IMG/VR virus record: IMGVR_UViG_3300047498_000060
Location: 119,296 to 183,295 of that record
Source of the DNA: a virus
Strand: one strand, 5' to 3'
DNA length: 64,000 nucleotides
The first letter of the stretch is position 1, and every line of letters starts with the position of its first letter. The notes under the pieces are model-generated. The model was given only the letters and a program-made list of their open reading frames with translations, searched no databases and was not told the DNA's origin. A program made the translations under genes and the position numbers. Of the stretch, positions 36,385 through 44,654 are shown in pieces.

Positions 36385-38166
36385 ATGGAGCTGATCGTAC
36401 GGAAACCGGACACGGGGTACCTGGACACGAACCTTTGGGTACCCAAGGCCGCGGTCAATGCCGAGGGAGTGAGGCGCGTTCTCACCTTCGAGTTCTTTGA
36501 ACGCGACAAGATGAACGTGCTCACGCTCTACAAGGAGACGGACCACCACCTCATCGTGCCGCGCGAGTTCTGGCCACCCAACACCTTCCAGTTTCCGGTC
36601 ATCGACTGCCGCCCCCTCCGCTACACGCGGACGGGGGTGGTCAGTCACATCAAACTCGACCACGAGTTCGAGGACGGCAAGCTACGTCCCACCGGAAAGA
36701 CAACGCAGCACGACGCTATGGAGGCGTTGCTGAGCACACGGGGCGGCGTTCTTCAGCTGGCCTGCGGTCTCGGGAAGACAGTCATCGCGCTCGACTTTCT
36801 AGCTAGGCGCGGCTTCCCTGCCCTCATCATCCTCGACACTACACAGCTGATGCACCAGTGGGCGAAGGAGATCAACGAGCACCTCATCGTCCCGGGCGGG
36901 GTCGGCCTCATCCAGGGGCAGACATTCGACTGGAAGAAGAGCGTCGTCATCGCCACGTATCACACGCTGGCAGAGCGAGCAGCCTCGCTGCCCGAAGAAG
37001 TACGCCAGTGGTTCGGAACCATCATCTGGGACGAGGCACATCACCTTGGTGCGCCGAAGTTCTCGCGTACGGCCGACCTTTTTTACGGGTTACGCCTCGC
37101 GCTCACGGCAACTCCGGACCGTGAGGATGGCACACATGTCATCTACAACTTCCACCTCGGCCCCGTCTTCTACAAGGACCTGAAGCAGGAGCTCACACCG
37201 GACATCTTCTTTAGGTGGACGAGCGTAGGGCTCGACATGACAGACAAGGCCGTCGCCGCTGCGGTCAACGACTGCAACGGAGAGATGCACATCGGGAAGG
37301 TCGCAGGGCACCTGGGTCGTCAGCCTGCGCGTATCCAGTTCGTTCTCGACGAGGTGAAGCAGGCCATCGACGCCGGCCGCAAGGTCATCGTCCTCTCGAA
37401 GAGCGTCGACGCGCTCGTGAACATGTTCGCTGCGTGGAACCAGCAGCAGGCCCTCATCACGGACATCCCCTTCCCAACCGCGGCCGAGGTCGGGGAGACA
37501 GTGCCGCCCCGTGAACTCGACGGAGATGCGGTGAGCAAGCTGATGGGGCAGATCATGGTGGCGAAGAAGGAACTCGAGAACCCACTCCTCCCTCCGCAGA
37601 AGCGCATCGAGCTCCAGACGAAGAAGGAACACTTCGACCAGGCATGGCAAGCCCACCTCGTCTTCAAGAAGTGCGAGGCCCTCTACAAGGCCAAGCGCGC
37701 GGCGTACCTGAAGGAGCTCATCACCCTGCCCAGCAACGCCGGGCTGATGATCTACAAGGTCAAGCCGGCGATGCGCGACAAGATGCTACGCGAGAGGCAG
37801 GTCACCTTCGCGGTCATGAAGTATGGACGTGAGGGCCTCGACGACCGCAACCTCGACACCATCATCATCAACGAGCCTATTTCAAGCCGCAACTCACTCC
37901 AGCAGATAATGGGGCGCGTTTTGCGGAAGAAGAAGGGTAAGCAGACGTCCGTCGTCGTCTTCCTCGAGGACAACATCGGACCCTTCATCGGCATGTGCCA
38001 GAAGCTTCGCAATCACCTCCGCACCTGGCCCCCCGAAGAGGGCGGACCCTTCGACTACGAGAACATCGGACAACCCGTTTCCCTGCGCACCAAGAAGAAG
38101 GCCGTACTCCAAGCCACGGCCTACGCGCAGTCCACCTCCATCCGACCCGCCACAAGGACCACATGA
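36385..38166 (+). CDS. SF2 DEAH helicase (UvsW/XPB-like)
   Basis: LACGLGKT, WDEAHH, LTATPDR, REGLD, QIMGRVLR. Confidence 0.92.
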   Translation: MELIVRKPDTGYLDTNLWVPKAAVNAEGVRRVLTFEFFERDKMNVLTLYKETDHHLIVPREFWPPNTFQFPVIDCRPLRYTRTGVVSHIKLDHEFEDGKLRPTGKTTQHDAMEALLSTRGGVLQLACGLGKTVIALDFLARRGFPALIILDTTQLMHQWAKEINEHLIVPGGVGLIQGQTFDWKKSVVIATYHTLAERAASLPEEVRQWFGTIIWDEAHHLGAPKFSRTADLFYGLRLALTATPDREDGTHVIYNFHLGPVFYKDLKQELTPDIFFRWTSVGLDMTDKAVAAAVNDCNGEMHIGKVAGHLGRQPARIQFVLDEVKQAIDAGRKVIVLSKSVDALVNMFAAWNQQQALITDIPFPTAAEVGETVPPRELDGDAVSKLMGQIMVAKKELENPLLPPQKRIELQTKKEHFDQAWQAHLVFKKCEALYKAKRAAYLKELITLPSNAGLMIYKVKPAMRDKMLRERQVTFAVMKYGREGLDDRNLDTIIINEPISSRNSLQQIMGRVLRKKKGKQTSVVVFLEDNIGPFIGMCQKLRNHLRTWPPEEGGPFDYENIGQPVSLRTKKKAVLQATAYAQSTSIRPATRTT

Positions 38167-38669
38167 TCACGCCCAAGCTCGACGAACTGTTCCAGCCCGA
38201 GAAGCACACCTGGGTCATGGCGTATCGCCACTCCGCGAAGTACTTCGGTCGCCTCATCGACATCGACGGCGCCAAGCCGCCCGAGGGGAAGACCAACGTC
38301 TTCGCCATCCGCAAGGCCAGGAACGTCGCGCTCAGCCCCATCTTCCAGCTCATCACGGCGCAGCGACAGGTGCACCTCGACGCACAGGGCAAGCCCGTCC
38401 GCTTTGACGAGGCAGGGCGCCCCATGAGCAAGCCGGTGAGTACAGGCATCACGACCGAGCCCTTCGTTCAGCTCGTCGAGTTCTGCGACTACATGACCCC
38501 GATGCATTTCGAGGGTGCTGACATCCAGCGCTTCTTCAGCGAGATGACCAAGGACGACGTGAAGGGATACCGCGAGCTCCTGGAGGGTGTCGTGAACGCG
38601 GTACAAGCCGCGTCTCCCATTACGCTCGCAACGCCGGCGGAGACCCAGCAGGTAGTCCGTGGACGTTGA
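38163..38669 (+). CDS. Hypothetical protein
   Basis: ATG 38163 overlapping the helicase stop. Confidence 0.6.
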   Translation: MITPKLDELFQPEKHTWVMAYRHSAKYFGRLIDIDGAKPPEGKTNVFAIRKARNVALSPIFQLITAQRQVHLDAQGKPVRFDEAGRPMSKPVSTGITTEPFVQLVEFCDYMTPMHFEGADIQRFFSEMTKDDVKGYRELLEGVVNAVQAASPITLATPAETQQVVRGR

Positions 38670-39516
38670 CGCGCGCAAGCCGCTCGGCCAACTGCAGTCC
38701 GAGTGGAGCACCTGCCAACGCTGCCCTCTCGGAGAGCGACGCCTGCACGTGGGAGCACGCTTCGTCCCTGGCGTGGGCTACCCGCGCTCCGTCATGCTCA
38801 TCGGCGACGGACCGAACGAAGAATCCGAGCAGACAGGTGCGCCCTTCGTCGGACGCTCAGGAGGAATCCTACGTGCCATCCTCGCTCGACTGGGGCTGAA
38901 AGAGTACTACCTCACCAACCTCGTCGCCTGCCGCTCCTGCGTGCCGCAGACCAACGCCTCCGGCGAACCAATGCAGCGCCGCATCGGGGGCGTGATGACC
39001 CCCGTCTACAAGGACGAGACGCCCATCCCGGCACACATCGCGGCGTGCCGTCCGCGCCTCAACGAGGAGATCTACCTCGTCGACCCCACGGTCATCGTAG
39101 GACTCGGTCCCAAGGTCTGTGAGGCCCTCACAGGACGAGCAGCCAATCTGGCACGGGACAATGGCGAGGCGCGCCCCATCTCCACCCCCGGTGCGACCCG
39201 CGTAGCCGAGCTCACCGACAAGGGCGCTTGGCTCCGCAAGGTGAAGGGCCAATGGATCCAGCCGGTCGCCCGTAGTGAGGTGCGTTACCACTTCGTCCCC
39301 ACCTACCACCCGTTTGATGTTGAGCGCGTGATGGACGACATGAGCCCGAACAGCATCTTCAACAAGTTCATCGCCGCGCTCCGTACAGCAGTGCAGACGC
39401 ACGAGGCCTACCTCGAGGGGGCTTACGGCATGACGCCAACGAATCGCGGGCAGGCCACCGACCTCGATCTTCAACACGTAGCGCAGCAGGAAGCACAGAC
39501 CCATGAAGAAGCGTGA
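38659..39516 (+). CDS. Uracil-DNA glycosylase family 4-like
   Basis: CQRCPL, IGDGP, GAPFVGRSG, YLTNLVAC, ACRPRL, PTYHP. Confidence 0.88.
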   Translation: MDVDARKPLGQLQSEWSTCQRCPLGERRLHVGARFVPGVGYPRSVMLIGDGPNEESEQTGAPFVGRSGGILRAILARLGLKEYYLTNLVACRSCVPQTNASGEPMQRRIGGVMTPVYKDETPIPAHIAACRPRLNEEIYLVDPTVIVGLGPKVCEALTGRAANLARDNGEARPISTPGATRVAELTDKGAWLRKVKGQWIQPVARSEVRYHFVPTYHPFDVERVMDDMSPNSIFNKFIAALRTAVQTHEAYLEGAYGMTPTNRGQATDLDLQHVAQQEAQTHEEA

Positions 39517-39937
39517 AGCGAAGCCCGTCACCGTCGACGAGGTCCCCGAGCTGATGGCGTACGAGCTCGCGAAGCGGAAGCTCGACAACTTCAAGAACAA
39601 GCACGCAGCCCTCATCGAGGAGCTCACATCCTTGGCCGAGGCGCACAACACTGCCCTCGAAGCGGCAGACAAAGCCATGCGTGCGAACAGCTACACCTGC
39701 GCTCCGTTCAACCTTCAGCATTTCACGACGAAATACAACGCGGACGAAGCTTTCGTTCTGCTGGGCCGCAACGGATTCCTCGCTGCTGGTGGCAAGGTCG
39801 AGACGAAAGAGGTCTACGAGATCGACAAGGACCGCTTCGAGGCTGCAATCTCGCAGGGCAAGATTGCCGACGAAGTCGTCGAGAAGGTCCGTACCGAGAC
39901 GCCGACCTACAAGAAGCCCAAGCCGCTGGCCGTCTGA
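39503..39937 (+). CDS. Hypothetical coiled-coil protein
   Basis: 144 aa, coupled in the operon. Confidence 0.65.
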   Translation: MKKREAKPVTVDEVPELMAYELAKRKLDNFKNKHAALIEELTSLAEAHNTALEAADKAMRANSYTCAPFNLQHFTTKYNADEAFVLLGRNGFLAAGGKVETKEVYEIDKDRFEAAISQGKIADEVVEKVRTETPTYKKPKPLAV

Positions 39938-40237
39938 GTGGTGAACTCTGCACGACTCACCATCGAACGCGATGACATCATCATTTATGAGAGGATCGAA
40001 CCGATGGACAAGTTCCAGTCTCTGCGACAGACAACGGGCCCCGAGGCGCACGTCGGGATGAACATGGGTGTGAGTCAGGACTTCGGGAAGCTGAAGGTCG
40101 GCGCATCCGTCACACTCAGCTGCGACCAGAACGAGCAGGCCATCGAGGCGGCCGGCTACCAGGCACTCAACAAGTGCATGGAGTTCGTCACCCAGGGGAT
40201 GCGGTACCTCGCACAGAGCCCGGAGGTGCCACAGTGA
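39938..40237 (+). CDS. Hypothetical protein
   Basis: 99 aa, abuts its neighbours. Confidence 0.6.
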   Translation: MVNSARLTIERDDIIIYERIEPMDKFQSLRQTTGPEAHVGMNMGVSQDFGKLKVGASVTLSCDQNEQAIEAAGYQALNKCMEFVTQGMRYLAQSPEVPQ

Positions 40238-40563
40238 TTCGTGGTCACATGAAGGCCGACGGTATCGCGCTCGGCGAAGCCAGCTGCAGCTTCATGAGCT
40301 CGGGCGGCGTTGTTCTCGAGGCCAAGGCTGCCTTCGTCAGCACGAAAACAGGCGACACGTTCGGCTGGACGAAGAACGCCGTCTGGTCGCCGCCCACCAT
40401 CGAGAAGCTAAAGGAGCTCCGCGCATTGATGGAGATCGACCTCGGGCGCATCCATCTCGAAGAAGGCGGCGAGCCGCTCACTGGCATGCCGGCCCCGACC
40501 GAGGGGCGTGGACTCGGTAGCATGCCGAAGAGTGGGATCGGCGAAGAAGTTGGGTCAGTCTGA
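40234..40563 (+). CDS. Hypothetical protein
   Basis: GGAGG RBS, GTG 40234. Confidence 0.6.
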   Translation: MIRGHMKADGIALGEASCSFMSSGGVVLEAKAAFVSTKTGDTFGWTKNAVWSPPTIEKLKELRALMEIDLGRIHLEEGGEPLTGMPAPTEGRGLGSMPKSGIGEEVGSV

Positions 40564-40689
40564 CCCCCTACTGCTAGGGGCGTAACCGTTCGTCCATACA
40601 GCTAATAGAGAAAACGCGGAGGCGATTGACGTAGGCCGCACCAGCAGCCACGGTGATCGTCCCCCGCGTGTCCACTTTTGTTAGCCGTG

Positions 40690-40700
40690 GGGGATAAGAG
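40690..40700 (+). promoter_or_regulatory. Candidate phage-RNAP promoter motif GGGGATAAGAG
   Basis: Intergenic, about 40 nt upstream of the DnaB start. Confidence 0.45.
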
Positions 40701-40738
40701 GCCCACCTACGTCATCGATCCTTGCTCTCCGAGGTGCA

Positions 40739-42205
40739 ATGTCTCACCAGCTCACGCTCTGCTCGCGCATCATCAGGACCGGTTGCCTACCCGAGGTGCT
40801 GGACTACGGCATCACCGCCGAGGACTTCACCACTCCCGAGGGCCGCGGCCTCTGGTCCCTCATCCAGAACTACCATACGATGGCACAAACCCGAGGGTCT
40901 GTGCTCGACATGAGGGGGCTACTGGAGCAGTACCCCTCCTACGTCTTGACGCCGGATCGCCTAGACAGCTCGACACATGCGCTTTGCTTCGCCGTCCGCC
41001 GAGAGCGCATCCAGTCCGGGGGCCTGAAGGCCCTCGGCGATGCGGCCAGTCTAATCTCCACGGGCATTGACCCGATGGTCCCGCTTGCGCGCCTGCAGGC
41101 CGAGGTGAGTGCGTACCTCGCGCTGGGCTGCACCGCCAACGCAGACATCGGATTCGGTCGCGGTCTCGCCAGCGTCATGCAGCGCATGCAGTTGCAGCGC
41201 GATGGCGTGGACATCTCGCTCATGAAGTGGCCATGGGCGGCGATGAACAAGGCTACACTCGGGCTTCAACGCGACGACTACGTCGTCTTCTACGGACGGC
41301 CCAAGTCAATGAAGACTTGGGCGCTCGCGTACCTCGTAGCCTGGTGTTACGAGAACGAGAAGAAGCTGGTCCTTTACACGAAGGAGATGACGCCGGACAA
41401 CGTCTACCAGCGTGTGCTCGCCTGCATCTGCCGCATCATGTACGAGTTCGTTCGCGACGCGTACACGATGTCCGACAACGACTGGTATGCCATCCAGAAG
41501 CTGTATCACCAGCTTACGCTGGACCCGGTCCTCGCGAGCACGATCGTGGTCCTCAACGGCCGCGACGCCCCTCCAGGAGGGGACACTGTCTCGTGGTTGA
41601 ACAGCAAGATCGACAAGCACAAGCCGGTCGTGGCCTTCATTGACGGGCTCTACCTGCTCAGCGACCAGAACAAGAAGAGCAAGGACCACGAACGCGTGAC
41701 GAGCATCAGCCGTGACATCCGTGGCATGGTCCTCGGCAGCGGCGTGCCCGTCATCGCCACGATGCAGGCCAACCGCAAGGCTGCAGGACACACCGACGCG
41801 AACCTCGACGAAATCGCGTACTCCGACTCCCTCGCGCAGGACTGCACTGCGGCCATTCGCACCATCCAACGCAAGGTCAGCCCCACCGAAGAAGAGAAGA
41901 GCAAGAACCCGCAAGCTGCGCCCAAGCAGTACATCGACCTCATCTTCGGCGGCAGCCGCGAGTACTCCCTGCACGGCATCCGCCTGAACGCAGTGCCGGC
42001 ACGCAACTTCTCTCAGCTGAAGGAGCTCACCGAAGCTGACGTACTCGCCTCCAAGGAAGCAGATGCCGAGGAAGAAGAAGAGCGCAAGGCAGCCCGCGCT
42101 ACGAAGCGTCGCACAGCGAAAGCGAAGGCCGCACAGAACGCCGCGCAGGGAGACATCAAAGGACAGCAAGCCGAAGGTGAGAAGCTAGTCGCCGCACGCA
42201 TGTAA
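40739..42205 (+). CDS. DnaB-like replicative helicase
   Basis: GRPKSMKT, TKEM, FIDG, QANR, IAYSDSLAQD. Confidence 0.88.
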   Translation: MSHQLTLCSRIIRTGCLPEVLDYGITAEDFTTPEGRGLWSLIQNYHTMAQTRGSVLDMRGLLEQYPSYVLTPDRLDSSTHALCFAVRRERIQSGGLKALGDAASLISTGIDPMVPLARLQAEVSAYLALGCTANADIGFGRGLASVMQRMQLQRDGVDISLMKWPWAAMNKATLGLQRDDYVVFYGRPKSMKTWALAYLVAWCYENEKKLVLYTKEMTPDNVYQRVLACICRIMYEFVRDAYTMSDNDWYAIQKLYHQLTLDPVLASTIVVLNGRDAPPGGDTVSWLNSKIDKHKPVVAFIDGLYLLSDQNKKSKDHERVTSISRDIRGMVLGSGVPVIATMQANRKAAGHTDANLDEIAYSDSLAQDCTAAIRTIQRKVSPTEEEKSKNPQAAPKQYIDLIFGGSREYSLHGIRLNAVPARNFSQLKELTEADVLASKEADAEEEEERKAARATKRRTAKAKAAQNAAQGDIKGQQAEGEKLVAARM

Positions 42206-43194
42206 TGACCGACCACATCCAGAACGCTGTAGCTCCCTACCTGAACCGGATGCGTCGGGCAGGACCTGAAGAGGTCTCCTCGGTGTGCCCGTTTCACCGG
42301 CGTGCCGACGGGTCGGAGGGAGGTGCCTCGAACTTCTTCATGAACGTGTACAGCGGGTTGTGGTTCTGTCACTCCTGCCACGCTCGTGGGAACCTCTACA
42401 CCTTCCTCCGCGACGTCGGTCTCTCACGTGACCAGATCAAGCTGCAGTATCAGACGGCCCTGGACGAGGCTGGGAAGTACGCGCCGCCACCACCAGATCC
42501 TATCAACCCCGTCGAAGCTGTACTCGAACCCCTAGACGAGGGCTTCCTTGGGCACTTCGACTATTGCCCCCAGCAACTTCTCGACGAGGGCTTCCCGATG
42601 GGGCTCCTCCGAAGGTTCGACATCGGCTACGACTGGAAGCACCACCGCATCACCTTCCCGCTGCGCGACTGGCGGGGGCGACTCGTCGGCATCAGCGGGC
42701 GTGCAGCACAAGATGGGGTCCAGCCGCGGTACAAGCTGTACGACAAGGAGTACCTCGCGTTTGGTCTGCCTGTCCGCAAGACCGAACGCCGGCCGATCAT
42801 CTGGAACATCCACAACGTACTCCTCAAGCAGCACTTCACCACCAAGCCGGAGGTACAACCCCTCGTCGTTGTCGAGGGCTACAAGGCCGCTCTGCGCGTC
42901 GCGCAGGCCAACGTGGAGGTGGGGGCGCTGCTCGGCTCTCACATCACGCAGGAACAGATCTGGTTGCTTCAGAAGCTAGACTGTCCTCTTCTGTTCATGT
43001 TCGACAATGACGATGCCGGAAGAATGGGCCAGCTCGATGCCTGCCACCGACTGTCTCAGACTGGCTCTGTAGGACACCGATTATTCGTCGTCGATTATGC
43101 CGCCCGTCAGCCCAGTGATCTCACCCCACACGCCGTCCTAGAAGCATTGCTCGCACCACAGTCGTTCATGGAATGGTTCATCCGCAACTCATAG
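42205..43194 (+). CDS. DnaG-like primase
   Basis: CPFH...CHSC zinc domain, RITFPL, GISGR, VVEGY, FDNDDAG (TOPRIM). Confidence 0.92.
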   Translation: MTDHIQNAVAPYLNRMRRAGPEEVSSVCPFHRRADGSEGGASNFFMNVYSGLWFCHSCHARGNLYTFLRDVGLSRDQIKLQYQTALDEAGKYAPPPPDPINPVEAVLEPLDEGFLGHFDYCPQQLLDEGFPMGLLRRFDIGYDWKHHRITFPLRDWRGRLVGISGRAAQDGVQPRYKLYDKEYLAFGLPVRKTERRPIIWNIHNVLLKQHFTTKPEVQPLVVVEGYKAALRVAQANVEVGALLGSHITQEQIWLLQKLDCPLLFMFDNDDAGRMGQLDACHRLSQTGSVGHRLFVVDYAARQPSDLTPHAVLEALLAPQSFMEWFIRNS

Positions 43195-43206
43195 TCAGGA
43201 GCCCAC

Positions 43207-44598
43207 ATGTCATACGGTAAGAACGAAAAAGATCAGGAGCGCGTCAGCTCATTCCGCAAGGAGAGCGCCGCCTTCTCCAAAGCGCAGCCACGCACGGGAG
43301 GGAAGGCCAAGATCCCGGCGTTCCTCGATGAGTACAAGCCCAGCGCCAGCTGCGTCGACACGGTGCGCCTCATCCCCGGTTCCTACGCTCAGGACAAGAT
43401 CATCCTGGCACCCGACGCCGCAGGGCAGCTAACACCAACACTCACGCAGACCACCTGCGACTTCATCAAGATCACCGAGCACTACGACGGGTACTACAAG
43501 AAGGGCTGCATCTGCAGTGCTGGCCCGTTCAACGACCGCGAGCACCGCAAGCCCTGCCACGGCTGCGACATCTACTTCGAGACCGGGGCCCGCAACGAAA
43601 ACGGACGCTTCGAGTCCTCGCGGATGAGCAAGCAGAACAAGTTCGTCTTCTCGGTCTGGGACTACGGGTACTACCACAACAACTACCAGCTCGATGAACA
43701 CGGCAACGTCCGCTCAAACCGGACAACGAACAAGCCGTACATGCAGTGGCAAAAGTGCATCGGCCAGGGCTGCCCCAGCTGCCGTGCGGGCAACATCGAG
43801 ACGAAGCAGGGCTGCATGCGTTGCTGGCCGCTGAGCTACACCTGGTTCCAGGTACTGCGGCAGCAGGACATCAACGTCATCGGCCGCAACTGCGTCCGCT
43901 GCTTCGGGCAGAATTGCATCAGCAGTATCGCCTGGAACACGGCCTGCTGCGGAGCGTGCGTCATTGACATGCGCACTACGCAGATGACGACGGAAGAGAT
44001 CAACAAGCTCACCAACGACGAGTTTACCTGCCAGCGCTGCCACGTCACCAACATGCTCAACGAGGTGTACGAGTGCGGGAACTGCGTACAGCGTGGTCAG
44101 TACGGCGTGCGCGCGTCACTCTTCGACGTTGACCTCAACATCACCGTCGTACCGAGCGGCGTGAACAAGATGCTCCAGGTCGTGGGTTTCACGGGACCGA
44201 ACGTCATCCCCGACAACTGGAAGGAGGTCCTCAAGCCGATGGACCTGCTCGCGCGCTACGCCCCGGACTCTCTCGAGTTCCAGGCCAAGCGCTTCAACGT
44301 TCAGCCTCCGCCCCCACAGCTGGGCCCTCAGCCGCAGCAGTACCCGCAGCAGCCGCAAGGATACCCGCCGGCTCCCCAAGGCTACGCCCCGCCGCCCCCG
44401 CAGCCGGCCTACCAGCCTCCGCCTCAGCAGCCCTGGGCACCGCAGGCCACGCCGGCGCCGATGTACCCGCCGCAGCCTAGCTTCGGGCAGCCCCCGCAGC
44501 AGCCGCAGTACGCGCCGCAAGCGCCTCAACAGGGATACCCGCAAGGGTTTCCCCAGCAGGTCGCACCGTCACCTGCGACGCCCTACGGTCGTCGCTAA
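43207..44598 (+). CDS. Putative gp32-like ssDNA-binding protein, Cys-rich, with P/Q tail
   Basis: TVRLIP, EH...CICS...PCHGC. Sits between primase and polymerase, has a strong RBS and is followed by a terminator. Confidence 0.5.
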   Translation: MSYGKNEKDQERVSSFRKESAAFSKAQPRTGGKAKIPAFLDEYKPSASCVDTVRLIPGSYAQDKIILAPDAAGQLTPTLTQTTCDFIKITEHYDGYYKKGCICSAGPFNDREHRKPCHGCDIYFETGARNENGRFESSRMSKQNKFVFSVWDYGYYHNNYQLDEHGNVRSNRTTNKPYMQWQKCIGQGCPSCRAGNIETKQGCMRCWPLSYTWFQVLRQQDINVIGRNCVRCFGQNCISSIAWNTACCGACVIDMRTTQMTTEEINKLTNDEFTCQRCHVTNMLNEVYECGNCVQRGQYGVRASLFDVDLNITVVPSGVNKMLQVVGFTGPNVIPDNWKEVLKPMDLLARYAPDSLEFQAKRFNVQPPPPQLGPQPQQYPQQPQGYPPAPQGYAPPPPQPAYQPPPQQPWAPQATPAPMYPPQPSFGQPPQQPQYAPQAPQQGYPQGFPQQVAPSPATPYGRR

Positions 44599-44613
44599 TC
44601 CCACAACCAGTAC

Positions 44614-44644
44614 ACGGCCCCCACGTAGGGGGCCGTTTCTTTTA
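44614..44644 (+). terminator. Intrinsic terminator
   Basis: ACGGCCCCC-ACGTA-GGGGGCCGT-TTCTTTT. Confidence 0.85.
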
Positions 44645-44654
44645 GGTGCCCCAC

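Noticed and set aside
40630-40655. TAGG...AGCAGCC resembling SRP RNA helix 8
   Set aside because: The intervening CCGCACC cannot form the closing stem and GNRA tetraloop.
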